Both the position numbers and the translations under genes were made by a program. This document shows positions 44,767 to 54,602 of a stretch of 64,000 nucleotides of DNA, in pieces; the first letter of the stretch is position 1, and each line of letters starts with the position of its first letter. Under the pieces are notes generated by a model. That model saw only the letters and a list, made by a program, of their open reading frames with translations. It searched no databases and was not told the DNA's origin. The stretch comes from Clostridia bacterium. Its GTDB lineage: Bacteria; Bacillota; Clostridia; Lachnospirales; Anaerotignaceae. The stretch spans positions 6,894-70,893 of the forward strand of contig RZZU01000012.1 of the NCBI GenBank assembly GCA_009929735.1. The letters are read 5' to 3'.

Positions 44767-45066
44767 TTATTTTGCGACAATTTCTTGTTTTGGAATAAAC
44801 TCAAGTTTCAACTGCATATCCATTCCTTCAGCAAGCCTTTGTAAAAGGGAAAGAGTGGGATTTGCATTGCCATTTTCAAGTTTGCTGATGTCTGCTTGGT
44901 TGATGCCGGTTTTTTGTGCAAGCTCCTTTTGTGTAAGGTGACTATTTTTTCTAGCATCTATCATTGCTTGAATGATATTAAACTCTGGCTCAAGAACATT
45001 CCATTCTTTTTGAAATTCAGGATCTTTCAATTCTTGTTCTAAAAGTCTATCAAAATCATCACGCAT
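44767..45066 (-). CDS. XRE-family HTH antitoxin (HigA-like)
   Basis: HLTQKELAQKTGINQADISKLENGNANPTLSLLQRLAEGM. Starts 2 nt after the toxin stop. Confidence 0.75.
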   Translation of the reverse strand: MRDDFDRLLEQELKDPEFQKEWNVLEPEFNIIQAMIDARKNSHLTQKELAQKTGINQADISKLENGNANPTLSLLQRLAEGMDMQLKLEFIPKQEIVAK

Positions 45067-45068
45067 AA

Positions 45069-45428
45069 TTACAACTCCTTTCCACTTTTTTCTAAATAAT
45101 CCTTGCGATACTTTTCAGCAAGGTCAATTTCTTTAGGTGGTGTTTTCGCCGTTTTTTTGATAAAACCGTTTGTTAGTACTATTTTTCTCCCAATTACGAA
45201 AAAATATAACACCCTTGAAATATCACTACCTTGTTTTGCTCTAAGTTCAAATATGCCATTACCTAAAGGCTTTGTATATGGCTCTCGTAAATCATTTCCG
45301 TTCTTCCTTAAAATTTCAATGCACCGCAACATCTTGGCTCTCATTTTTGTATCAAGAGAAAGGACAAAATCTTTAACCGGAACATCTCCATTTTGATTTT
45401 TATAAAATTCGATTTCAAAATCTGTCAT
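45069..45428 (-). CDS. RelE/ParE-superfamily toxin (HigB / phage Gp49-like)
   Basis: 119 aa. FYKNQNGDVPVKDFVLSL...LGNGIFELRAKQGSDISRVLYFFVIGRKIVLTNGFIKKTAKTPPKEI matches the Gp49-like/HigB pattern. Toxin-first gene order as in higBA. Confidence 0.75.
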   Translation of the reverse strand: MTDFEIEFYKNQNGDVPVKDFVLSLDTKMRAKMLRCIEILRKNGNDLREPYTKPLGNGIFELRAKQGSDISRVLYFFVIGRKIVLTNGFIKKTAKTPPKEIDLAEKYRKDYLEKSGKEL

Positions 45429-45505
45429 TTGTAATCCACCTTTATAGGATATGTGTTTATCCTCATTAATATTATATGGGATTTATCCCATATTGTCAAC
45501 AGGTA

Positions 45506-46615
45506 TTATCGCTCAACGTTTTTATTTTTATGAATTGCACCTTCGCTTTGGTTTTCCAGTTCTTTAAAGGCTTTTAGCTTTGTGGTAACTGAGTGGCTTT
45601 TCGTAGCCACTTCTTCCAAAGCATCTTTGATGCGTTCCTTAAAATCGGAAACGGCCTTGTCTTTGTCACTGAAATAATGCCCCCAAAACCAGTTATCACC
45701 ATCAGCTCGTTCTTCATCGTTTATAATATTCCTTTGCCAAGAGCCATAAGGTGAGGGAGCCTTTTCATTTTCGCCAAAGGCAAACTCATAATTGCCAACA
45801 ATATGGCTTTCGGTAACAGCATATCCACCAATGGTGCGAGGTAGCTCGTTGTTGATAATACCATCAATTTGATTATAATTTTGCTCACTGCTCATTTCAG
45901 CGGTCTTTAGGTAGTTTTCTCTTTCCTTTGCAAGAGTAATTAGAGCTTTCATTGTGTTTTCCGAAATGCCGGAAAGAGTATGGCTGCCACTTAAAAAAGT
46001 TGCCCGCCTAGCAACAAATTCATCGGTATCAATATCGCCCAGTTCTTGTTTTGCTCTGCTTTCTAACTGGTCATAGAAAAAATCCTGTGGATTACTTGTA
46101 ATTTTAGCAACCTCTAAAATCTGTTCATAGGACAGCATATTCTGCACAAATTGTCCACCTGCAATGCTATCGGGATTGTAGTATAGCCAAGTCAGTGTAC
46201 CATTTTCTTTGTCAAAGAAAAGCCGATCATCAGTATTTTCTAATGCAGTCAGTGCAGCTTTATACAGCGCATCGGTATTATCATCACAAAGGGCTTCAAT
46301 AAACTCTCTGCGAGGAATGAGGGAAAGAGAAGATGCATCAATTATATTGTAGTTAATTGCCTTTGCTGCAAAATACTGAATATCTGCCAGAGCATAATCT
46401 TCTGACTTTAACCAAATATCCTTTGTGTAATCGTAAATCATACTTAGCTCCTCAAAACTGTGGGGAGTATCCAAGTCCTGCCCAATATCGCACATATTTA
46501 CAAGCTTTTTCACTCTATTCCTCAAATTCTGATCGTTGGTTAGAGCAAACAAAACCTCTTTTGGATTTTGATTGACCAATTCTATGAAATCTTTTACTTG
46601 ATAATCACTCATCAC
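45506..46615 (-). CDS. ICE-associated hypothetical protein (369 aa)
   Basis: Clean ORF abutting the topoisomerase III stop. No catalytic motif recognised. Confidence 0.6.
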   Translation of the reverse strand: MMSDYQVKDFIELVNQNPKEVLFALTNDQNLRNRVKKLVNMCDIGQDLDTPHSFEELSMIYDYTKDIWLKSEDYALADIQYFAAKAINYNIIDASSLSLIPRREFIEALCDDNTDALYKAALTALENTDDRLFFDKENGTLTWLYYNPDSIAGGQFVQNMLSYEQILEVAKITSNPQDFFYDQLESRAKQELGDIDTDEFVARRATFLSGSHTLSGISENTMKALITLAKERENYLKTAEMSSEQNYNQIDGIINNELPRTIGGYAVTESHIVGNYEFAFGENEKAPSPYGSWQRNIINDEERADGDNWFWGHYFSDKDKAVSDFKERIKDALEEVATKSHSVTTKLKAFKELENQSEGAIHKNKNVER

Positions 46616-48688
46616 TTATCCCCTTTTTTCAAATTCTAAAACAAAATTTACATATTTACCGCCTGTATCATCAAAAGAAACAGTAGCATTGTAGGTTTTA
46701 CCAGTTTTTTCTGAATAACAGCCAGTTAACTTGCATTTGCCTGTGGTTAAAAGGTCTTTTACTATTTTTTCGGTTAAGGTTTTCTTTTTTGAAGTAAAAA
46801 ACTTATTTTCTTTCCAGAGGGCAAAACCGCAGGTTCTGTTTTCACAGCAAAATCCTTTTTTGTTCTCAATTACATTACTACCACACCTTGGGCATTTTCC
46901 AATCACCTTGTTTTGTGAGGGAAAAAGCTGTTCACTGCCTTTTACCACATCATAGGTTATGACAAGGTTTTCGGTCATTTTAGAAATTTCCGATAGAAAT
47001 TCATTTGCGGACAAATCGCCTGTTTCAATGGATTTTAGCTTTTCTTCCCATTCAGCCGTAGTCAGTGGGGATTGGATACTTTCGGGCAAAATAGTGATGA
47101 GGGCATCGCCCTTATCTGTCGGCAGAAGATACTTTGTTTTCTTATCCCCCTTGCGTTCCAAAAGATTAACACTAATGAGTTTTTCAATAATGCCTGCACG
47201 AGTAGCAGGGGTTCCAATACCACAAAACTCTTTTTCAATATTTTCGTCTTTACCCGTTGTTTCCATAGCGGAAAGCAAGGTGTCCTCGGTAAATTGCTTA
47301 GGTGGAGAAGTCTTGCCTTCCTTTATTTCTGCGTTACAATTTTCAATGACCTCGCCTTCAGCCATAAGAGGAAGTGATTTTTCGTCCTGTTTCTCCGCCA
47401 TGTTAAGGAGTGCTTCGTATTCCTTAAAGCCATTTTGCAAAATAGTTTTGCCTTTGGTTGTAAAAACAGCATCACCACAGGCTGCCGTTACCAACGTTTC
47501 GCTATATTTGTGGTTATCCCCTAAAGCAGAAAGCAGCCTTAACATGATGAGTGTCAAGACCGCTTTTTCTCCATAAGGAAGCTGTTCTATATCATAGTTT
47601 GCTAGGCTCTTGGTGGGGATAATGGCATGGTGGTCGGTAACCTTGCTGCTGTCAATCACAAGCTGAGCATTGCAAGGTACATCAAATTCTTCGTCCCTTG
47701 GAAATGGCAAAGTTGCCAAAGCATATAGTGACAGCTCCGGTAAGATTCCTGCCATATCCTCGGTTAAAAATCGACTGTCGGTTCTTGGATAGGTACATAG
47801 CTTCTTTTCATAAAGGCTTTGGGTATATTCCAATGTTTGATTGGCGGTAAAGCCTAATTTACGATTGGCTTCTCGCTGCAAAGTGGTAAGGTCATACAGT
47901 TTTGGCGGCTTTTCTGCCTTTTCCTTATTTTCAATGCTTGTAACTACTAAATGCTGATTTTTGCACCTTTTAAGAAGTTCCTCCGCCTGTGCCTTGCCCT
48001 CCGTTTTTTTAGAGGTAAAGACCACTGCGCCGTTATCAAGGACAATAGTATAAAAGGGTGTGGGATGAAAGGCTTTTATGCTTGCATTACGTTCCACAAT
48101 CATAGAAAGCGTGGGGGACATCACTCTGCCTACATTTAGCCGCTGATTGTAGAGCAGTGAAAACAACCTTGTAGCATTGATGCCCACAATCCAATCAGCT
48201 TTTTGTCTGCAAGCAGCACTTTCAAAAAGCAGATCAAAACTAGTTCCGTCTTTTAGATTTTCAAAACCTTTTTGTATGGCACTATCCTCCATAGAAGAGA
48301 TCCAAAGCCTTTTCATCGCCTTTTGACACTTGGCAAATTGATACACCAGGCGAAAGATAAGCTCGCCCTCACGCCCGGCATCACAGGCATTGATAACTGC
48401 ATCTACTTTAGGGTCATTTAACAACTTGCAAAGGATTTTAAGCTGTTTTTCCTTGCCCTTTGATACCTCGTATTCAAAGCTCTGTGGGATAATAGGCAAA
48501 TCCTTTAAATCCCATATTTTATAATTTTCATTATATTTCTCGGTGCCGGCAAGACCTACCAAATGCCCAACGCACCACGATACGAAATACCCATTGCCCT
48601 CAAGGTATCCATCTTTTTTATCGGTAGCACCCAGCACCTTTGCAATACTCTGTGCCACCGAGGGCTTTTCTGCAATGACTAGTCTCAA
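46616..48688 (-). CDS. topB: DNA topoisomerase III
   Basis: Toprim start MRLVIAEKPSVAQSIAKVLGA, active-site region LCTYPRTDSRFLTED and C-terminal zinc ribbon CPRCGSNVIENKKGFCCENRTC. Confidence 0.9.
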   Translation of the reverse strand: MRLVIAEKPSVAQSIAKVLGATDKKDGYLEGNGYFVSWCVGHLVGLAGTEKYNENYKIWDLKDLPIIPQSFEYEVSKGKEKQLKILCKLLNDPKVDAVINACDAGREGELIFRLVYQFAKCQKAMKRLWISSMEDSAIQKGFENLKDGTSFDLLFESAACRQKADWIVGINATRLFSLLYNQRLNVGRVMSPTLSMIVERNASIKAFHPTPFYTIVLDNGAVVFTSKKTEGKAQAEELLKRCKNQHLVVTSIENKEKAEKPPKLYDLTTLQREANRKLGFTANQTLEYTQSLYEKKLCTYPRTDSRFLTEDMAGILPELSLYALATLPFPRDEEFDVPCNAQLVIDSSKVTDHHAIIPTKSLANYDIEQLPYGEKAVLTLIMLRLLSALGDNHKYSETLVTAACGDAVFTTKGKTILQNGFKEYEALLNMAEKQDEKSLPLMAEGEVIENCNAEIKEGKTSPPKQFTEDTLLSAMETTGKDENIEKEFCGIGTPATRAGIIEKLISVNLLERKGDKKTKYLLPTDKGDALITILPESIQSPLTTAEWEEKLKSIETGDLSANEFLSEISKMTENLVITYDVVKGSEQLFPSQNKVIGKCPRCGSNVIENKKGFCCENRTCGFALWKENKFFTSKKKTLTEKIVKDLLTTGKCKLTGCYSEKTGKTYNATVSFDDTGGKYVNFVLEFEKRG

Positions 48689-48691
48689 TTT

Positions 48692-49348
48692 TTATTCCTC
48701 CCTATAATCTGTATTTTCTTCATCTGCTAAATAGCTATCATCCTCGTCAAGCTGATATTCTTCCTCATCGTCGGAATATTCATCGTCGCTGAGTTCATTC
48801 AAATTGGTAGAACCTTTATGAGTATTTTTGTCCTTAACGAACTTCAGATAATAAAAAGCACCTCCGCCGCACATAGCCAATACAAACACTAACAGCGGTA
48901 AGGTGTTACTTTTGGTTTCATCTGTTTTATCATCTGTGGGTTCTTCTGTTGGCTCTGCGGGGGTAGGCACGGGTTCTTGGATTGTTGGCTTTTCCTCAAT
49001 CTTAGCGGGTTCGCCCTCCATCAATGACATTAAATCGGCTTCATCAATCATATTAAGTAGGTATACATTATCACTATCCCCTGCACGATCAATGACTAAG
49101 TAAAAATAGTTGCCATTTTTTGAAACTGCCGTGATAAACTGCTTGTCAGTTTCGTCAGTGGTGGTAATATCATCAACAAGGGTCAAATTGCCCTCTGGCG
49201 TAAGGGGTGTGGTTTCTTCCTTTGGTGTCACAGCCACAGGCGGGGTTTCGTCGTATTCAAAACCGCCACCTGCAAAGGCTACGGTTGACATTGAACAAAA
49301 TAGTACGCTCATCACCAGCATTGTAGTAAACATTTTAAATCTTTTCAT
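48692..49348 (-). CDS. Secreted/membrane-anchored mobile-element protein (DUF4366 / CD1107-family-like)
   Basis: Signal peptide. PLTPEGNLTLVDD...DKQFITAVSKNGNYFYLVIDRAGDSDNVYLLNMIDEADL matches my memory of this ICE family. C-terminal TM helix and acidic tail. Confidence 0.75.
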   Translation of the reverse strand: MKRFKMFTTMLVMSVLFCSMSTVAFAGGGFEYDETPPVAVTPKEETTPLTPEGNLTLVDDITTTDETDKQFITAVSKNGNYFYLVIDRAGDSDNVYLLNMIDEADLMSLMEGEPAKIEEKPTIQEPVPTPAEPTEEPTDDKTDETKSNTLPLLVFVLAMCGGGAFYYLKFVKDKNTHKGSTNLNELSDDEYSDDEEEYQLDEDDSYLADEENTDYREE

Positions 49349-49592
49349 TTTGTTGTTCCTCCGTATTGTTTATTTTAAGTGGTACACTTGAACCTTTTTC
49401 TTCCTCGAAAATCTGCAATATTGTAGGCAAATCGTTGTGATTTACCTTGTGTTTTCTAAGCACATCAATCATCATTAGATTTTCAAGGTCTGTCTTTTCC
49501 TTTTGCAAGGATTTTAGCTTGCTTTGGTATTCAGTGATTTTTACTTCTGTTCTCTGAATATCCTTTTTGATTTTAGTTAGCTTGTTTTGCAA
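49335..49592 (-). CDS. Small coiled-coil ICE protein (DUF4315-like)
   Basis: 85 aa. KLTKIKKDIQRTEVKITEYQSKLKSLQKEKTDLENL coiled coil. AAGGAGGA SD. Confidence 0.65.
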   Translation of the reverse strand: MQNKLTKIKKDIQRTEVKITEYQSKLKSLQKEKTDLENLMMIDVLRKHKVNHNDLPTILQIFEEEKGSSVPLKINNTEEQQNEKI

Positions 49593-49613
49593 TGAATTTT
49601 CCTCCTTAAATAC

Positions 49614-49638
49614 GCAAAAAGACGAGATTTCTCCCGTC
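49614..49638 (-). terminator. Short hairpin plus T-run after the CPCC gene
   Basis: Stem GACGAGA (49621-49627) / TCCCGTC (49632-49638), 1 mismatch, with T5 on the minus strand at 49620-49616. Confidence 0.4.
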
Positions 49639-49708
49639 TTTCTTGACTTCGCATAATTTATTATTTAGATTTTATTCGCTTCTATTTTGGTTCTCAATGC
49701 AGGGGTGC

Positions 49709-50059
49709 TCATTTTGCAAGTTCTTCTGATTTTGGTTTTCTAACATAAATAAGCACATCTTGGGAGCAAGCTCCAATCAAGCTGTAATTCCTTCGACCTT
49801 CATTTAATGTCATCCCATGGTTTTCATCACTTGGCTCATCATCACTTGATGTGAAAACATCATTCTCCCAAAAACATACAGGACATATATAAGCTATAGC
49901 TTCTTCTTTAGGAACAGGAAATGTATGATAACCACAACATGGGCAAGGGTAAACTCCTTTTGCTTCATAAATTTTTTTAGACTCTGGTTTTTTCTTGCAG
50001 TCGCTTGTTATTTCAGGCAAATACAAATGCTTAAATCTCAATTGTTTCTCACCGCCCAA
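49709..50059 (-). CDS. Cysteine-rich CPCC-family protein
   Basis: YPCPCCGYHTFPV...YICPVCFWENDVF...NHGMTLNEGRRNY is the CPCC-family pattern. No ATG start is available (the listed start is TTG), so the N-terminus is uncertain. Confidence 0.6.
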   Translation of the reverse strand: MGGEKQLRFKHLYLPEITSDCKKKPESKKIYEAKGVYPCPCCGYHTFPVPKEEAIAYICPVCFWENDVFTSSDDEPSDENHGMTLNEGRRNYSLIGACSQDVLIYVRKPKSEELAK

Positions 50060-50154
50060 TATAAATTTCCATCAAAAAGCTTTATTCAAAGACTGCTTAA
50101 TTATCAAAATTATCTTGCATATAAGTATACCTCCTTTGAAATAAAATATCTACT

Positions 50155-51885
50155 CTAGGGTTGTATTCTCCCATAGGCATAAAAATGATCTTGCCAATAA
50201 CCACTGTTTACATTGGCATAGCCTATAGGGTTTCCGCAATGGATCATCATTCCGTCACCGACATAAATACCAACATGGGACACAGCCCCTGCACTATCAT
50301 AAGTACCCTCAAAGAAGATTATATCTCCCGGCTTTGCTTCGCTTTTGGGAATTGGTGTTGTTTGATTATATATCCCTGTTGCTGTGGTACGAGGGATGTT
50401 GCCAACACCCGATTGATTGATAACCCAGCATACAAAACCACTGCAATCGAAAGAGGTAGAGGGATTACTGCCTCCCCAAACATAGGGGTAACCTATATAT
50501 TTCTCAGCTTCCTTGAGCATTTTTCCAAACTCCTCATCAGTGAGGTTATGGGCCGGTACTTGATATTCTAAATCTTGATTACTATCGGTTTCACTGTATT
50601 TGTCTCCAAAAACGTTGGGCTTATTGCCTTTGGTTTCAAGATAAACTCTAAATAATTCAAGCTGATCGGCAGTAAGCAACTCCTCAGCCACGTTTTTGAT
50701 AGGTGTATTGGTAAGAGTGATGTTTAAAATATAATACTTATAAGGTACTTTTACCTTATAAGTATTCCCCTCGCTGTCCGTTCTCGTTTTAGTTCGGTAA
50801 CGAATTTCTACCACTCGTTCCAATTCCAACTCATACTGTAAATCAAAAATCTGTTGCAGTTCGCCTTGTACCTCATTTGGCTTATAATATTTCAATAAGG
50901 CTGTAAGATAGGACGCAAGTTCATGGGCGTTATGACCGATCTCATCAAGGTTATAACGATACTCATCGTAACCGGGATAATCACTTTCGATGTTGTCAAT
51001 TTTATTCTTCAACTCTTTTTCAAGATTTTTGTAATCGTTGTCAACCTCTACAATATCCTCATCCTCAGAGTTATAAGAAGTACCCACAATGGAATTGAAA
51101 CCACCTTGGAGCATCACAGCGCAAGAGGAAAACGAACCACCACAAATGATGATGATTAGCAGAAAGCACCCGCTGATAATTAAAATCCTAGGGTTTTTCA
51201 CAGCATTAGCTGCAATCGCAGCAACTGTATCAACACCTTTTTTAGCAATATCTTTAATGGTGGTGGCTGTGTTACGGGTAGCAGTACCGGCTTTGCGAGC
51301 ATTGGCATATTGCTTTTTGATATTTTGCTTTTGTTGCCACTTGGAAAATAGATTACTACCTAACTGCGGATTTTCAGCCATAGCCCTATTGTAGGTGTAA
51401 TTAACCTGTGATTTTTTCAGCTTCTTTTCCGCTTTTGCAAGGGTTTTATAGGGCTTTAATTTCTGATGCTCGTATGCTGATTTCAATTTTCTACCCATAA
51501 ATTCAGCAGACTGCTCACTGCTGTGGGTGGCTTTAACACCCACATTGTCATCTTCACTTTCGGAAATTTCTTTATGCATATTGCTGGCAACTGCCTTTTG
51601 TGGTGCGTTTTTGAATTTTCCCACTATAGTGGATTGTGGTTTTACTATATCCACCAAGCTATCAGATGGTTTTGGTTTATCTGTTAGCTTATCAGAAGGT
51701 TTTGACTTGTTTTTGCCAAAATCCAGCTTTGACTTTGGCTTTTCTTTCTCATAGAACTTTCTTTGCATTTTGAGTTGTTTCTTATTCTTGAGTACCTTTT
51801 CCCGTGCTTTATCTCGTTCCAACTCAGCTTTTTCAAGTTTTAAACGAGATTTATTTAATTTACCCTCCATCTTACACTTCCTCAA
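50155..51885 (-). CDS. Conjugation-associated cell-wall hydrolase (C-terminal NlpC/P60 domain; CD1108-family-like)
   Basis: TM helix in the middle (ILIISGCFLLIIIICGG). C-terminal NlpC/P60 catalytic Cys FDCSGFVCWV and His SHVGIYVGDGMMIH. Alternative start ATG 51870, 1 nt after the virB4 stop. Confidence 0.8.
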   Translation of the reverse strand: MRKCKMEGKLNKSRLKLEKAELERDKAREKVLKNKKQLKMQRKFYEKEKPKSKLDFGKNKSKPSDKLTDKPKPSDSLVDIVKPQSTIVGKFKNAPQKAVASNMHKEISESEDDNVGVKATHSSEQSAEFMGRKLKSAYEHQKLKPYKTLAKAEKKLKKSQVNYTYNRAMAENPQLGSNLFSKWQQKQNIKKQYANARKAGTATRNTATTIKDIAKKGVDTVAAIAANAVKNPRILIISGCFLLIIIICGGSFSSCAVMLQGGFNSIVGTSYNSEDEDIVEVDNDYKNLEKELKNKIDNIESDYPGYDEYRYNLDEIGHNAHELASYLTALLKYYKPNEVQGELQQIFDLQYELELERVVEIRYRTKTRTDSEGNTYKVKVPYKYYILNITLTNTPIKNVAEELLTADQLELFRVYLETKGNKPNVFGDKYSETDSNQDLEYQVPAHNLTDEEFGKMLKEAEKYIGYPYVWGGSNPSTSFDCSGFVCWVINQSGVGNIPRTTATGIYNQTTPIPKSEAKPGDIIFFEGTYDSAGAVSHVGIYVGDGMMIHCGNPIGYANVNSGYWQDHFYAYGRIQP

Positions 51886-54250
51886 GCTTTGTGGTCATAA
51901 TCTTGTAAAGCTCTGTATCTTTCGGGAAGTGGTCAATAAAGGGAATGATGGTACTGCCATAAATAAGCAATCCTTCGCCTGCACCCGAATTAGTCACATA
52001 GGAAAGCTGATGCGGGGAGATATTAAGCTGTTTGGAGAGGATTTCTCTATCACCACCTGCTTGGTTCAGTAGATACACAAAGTCCGAGTTTTCAAAGATG
52101 TTTGCCACCTGTGGAGAGCAAAGAAAGTCTTTTACATTTTGCGTTAAGCCTGTCGGAATACCTCCCCATTTACGAAAGCGTTTCCAAATCTCCACCGTAT
52201 AATTGGCGGTTTGCTCCTTGCCCAAAAGCAGATGCATTTCATCAATATAATAACGTGTTGATTTTTTATCATTTCTGTTTCTACTGACTCTGCCCCAAAT
52301 CTGGTCTTGCACCACAAGCATACCAAACTCTTTTAGAGCGTTGCCCAGCTCCTTGGTATCAAAGCACACCACACGATTGCTAATATCCACATTGGTGCGA
52401 TGATTAAACACATTCAATGAGCCTGTGACATAAATCGCCATACAATCGGCAATGTGCTTTGCCTGTGGGCTGTTTCGCTCTAAAATCGTGTTATACAAAT
52501 CCTCTAAAATTGGCATTTGAGTATTTTGGGGGTCTACAAAATACGGCATATAAACCTGTTGCAAGCAGCTGTCGATGATACTTCTTTCATCAGCTTGTAC
52601 CTTTCCCATCATCACCTCAAAGAGAGAAAGAATAAAATCACTCTTTAAGATAAGTGGATTTTCTTCCTCCATATTATCAAGGCTAATATCCATTGGATTG
52701 ATAAACTGTTTGGAAAGTGGAGAGATTTTAATGACCTGACCGTTCAGCTTTTGCACCAGGGGTGCGTACTCGGCTTCTGGGTCTAATATTGCAATATCAT
52801 CATCAGTAATAAGAAACACATTGACGATTTCTCTTTTGGCTGAGAAAGATTTTCCCGAACCTGGTGTGCCTAAAATCAGTCCATTGGGGTTTTTAAGTAG
52901 CTTTCTGTCAGCCATTAAAAGGTTGCTGGAAAGAGCATTGATACCATAATAGAGGGCATTGCCATTTTGGAACAGTTCGCAAGTAGTAAATGGCACAAAG
53001 CCTGCGGTTGCCGTGGTGGTCATACACCTTCTGATGTCAATTAAGTTTTTCCCCAGTGGCAAGCAGCTCATAAATCCCTGCTCCTGCTGATAATCAAGCC
53101 TATGGAGAATACAGTTATGCTTTCCGGCAAGGCTTGTTGCTCCAAAAACGATATTATCTAGTTTATCTTTAGAAGTTTCAGTGTTCACAATCATAAAGGT
53201 AAAATAGAAAAGTCGCTCATTTCTGCTTTGTAAATCCTGTAATAGCTTTTTCATCTCGGTGAGGAACAGAGCAAGGTCAGCGGGCATTATATCCATATCA
53301 TATCCACCTCTAACCGCCTTTTTTTGCTCGTCAATCTTCATTCTCTCAAGGTCAGACAGCTTGCGTTTTACCATTTTAATGGCTTTGGTATGGTCGATAG
53401 ACTGAATGTGCATTGTTACATTTTGATTTCCCTCAATTTCAAGAAAATCTGCAAGCACACGGTCCGAGAGTTCAGGAGCCAGTATCTCCATAAAGGATAC
53501 TGCACCAAATTTATCTCCGGTCTTAAATCGCTTGGCATCTCCGAAATAAAAGGACGAAGGAACAATAAAATCTTTGGTGGATAGCCCCGATACAGGTAGC
53601 CAATTCCATTCAAAATTAAAGGATTGTTTCTCGTCCAAATAAAGCATATTTCTAAGTAGATGGAGCCGTTCTTTTCCGTCAAGGCTTTCCATACGCACAC
53701 CCAACTTTTTTAAGTTGTTGTAGATGTCGGTTTCAATGCGTTCAAGCCTTGTTTTTGCCTTTTTGTAGCTGTCTGCGTGAATACCAAAAGTGAGATACTT
53801 ACGCTTGATAATGCCGTTATTGCCCTTGGAAAGCTGCTTTAGGAGCATATCAGAATATTCCTCACGAATAGAGTTGAAATCATCCTCCTGTGGTGCAATT
53901 GTAATGCTATCTTCAAATATCTTTTCGTTGCCTGTGATATTAAGGAAAGAGAGCTGAAATTTAATGGACGTATCAAAGTAGTTAAGAAAGTTGCTCCAAC
54001 CATCAAAAATAGCGGATTTATCCTCGTTTTCCGCAAGCTGATAGTTGATGTCCTCAAATAAAATGCTCTTGGAATAAAAGTCCTCATCCACACGGCAAAT
54101 ACCATCGGGATAAAGGCGTTTATAGGGGATACTTTGCTGTGCAGACATTGTTTTTTTATCATCGCCTTTATACTTTGCGATAATGTTATTGATTTCCTTT
54201 TTCTCAGCTCTTGTGAGCTTTACTTCCTGTTTTGTGTTGTCCTTTGACAA
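51872..54250 (-). CDS. virB4: VirB4-like conjugal transfer ATPase
   Basis: 792 aa. N-terminal SAQQSIPYKRLYPDGICRVDEDFYSKSILFEDINYQLA, Walker A GTPGSGKSFSAKRE, Walker B YYIDEMHLL. Confidence 0.9.
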   Translation of the reverse strand: MSKDNTKQEVKLTRAEKKEINNIIAKYKGDDKKTMSAQQSIPYKRLYPDGICRVDEDFYSKSILFEDINYQLAENEDKSAIFDGWSNFLNYFDTSIKFQLSFLNITGNEKIFEDSITIAPQEDDFNSIREEYSDMLLKQLSKGNNGIIKRKYLTFGIHADSYKKAKTRLERIETDIYNNLKKLGVRMESLDGKERLHLLRNMLYLDEKQSFNFEWNWLPVSGLSTKDFIVPSSFYFGDAKRFKTGDKFGAVSFMEILAPELSDRVLADFLEIEGNQNVTMHIQSIDHTKAIKMVKRKLSDLERMKIDEQKKAVRGGYDMDIMPADLALFLTEMKKLLQDLQSRNERLFYFTFMIVNTETSKDKLDNIVFGATSLAGKHNCILHRLDYQQEQGFMSCLPLGKNLIDIRRCMTTTATAGFVPFTTCELFQNGNALYYGINALSSNLLMADRKLLKNPNGLILGTPGSGKSFSAKREIVNVFLITDDDIAILDPEAEYAPLVQKLNGQVIKISPLSKQFINPMDISLDNMEEENPLILKSDFILSLFEVMMGKVQADERSIIDSCLQQVYMPYFVDPQNTQMPILEDLYNTILERNSPQAKHIADCMAIYVTGSLNVFNHRTNVDISNRVVCFDTKELGNALKEFGMLVVQDQIWGRVSRNRNDKKSTRYYIDEMHLLLGKEQTANYTVEIWKRFRKWGGIPTGLTQNVKDFLCSPQVANIFENSDFVYLLNQAGGDREILSKQLNISPHQLSYVTNSGAGEGLLIYGSTIIPFIDHFPKDTELYKIMTTKLEEV

Positions 54251-54602
54251 TTTGCGTTACCTCCTTATTGAGATTATATTGCTTTTCCAAAAGTGTGTAG
54301 GCATTTTGAATTTTATAGGGTCGCTCCGATGGCAAGCCTTTTTTGACCATATATATCTGCTTAATGATCACTTCGGGTTTTTGTCCGTGCTTTTCATACA
54401 TTGCAAATAAGAAAAAAGGTAGCATAACAACCATCATTGCAAGAGTTGCAACGGTAATGTCAATGCTGCCTTTTAAGATGAAAAATATGGGTAATCCCAC
54501 AAGCCCTGCAAGAGAGAAGAAAATAAGCTGTCTTTTGGTAAGGTTAAACATAACCTTTGTTTTGACCGCATTAAGGTCTTTTGGAACAGATACATAAGCC
54601 AT
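54204..54602 (-). CDS. PrgI-family small membrane protein of the T4SS
   Basis: 132 aa. LTKRQLIFFSLAGLVGLPIFFIL... and a second TM helix. Lies immediately upstream of and overlapping virB4, as in Gram-positive T4SS loci. Confidence 0.7.
   Translation of the reverse strand: MAYVSVPKDLNAVKTKVMFNLTKRQLIFFSLAGLVGLPIFFILKGSIDITVATLAMMVVMLPFFLFAMYEKHGQKPEVIIKQIYMVKKGLPSERPYKIQNAYTLLEKQYNLNKEVTQIVKGQHKTGSKAHKS

Noticed and set aside
53416-54162. Same-strand alternative-frame ORFs inside virB4 (53416-53700, 53839-54162), pcfB (58655-58942), the SLH gene (61079-61393) and the polyvalent gene (43373-43570)
   Set aside because: Unlike the tnpV-like ORF, they have odd composition, no SD and no resemblance to any family I know. 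Treated as chance open frames.
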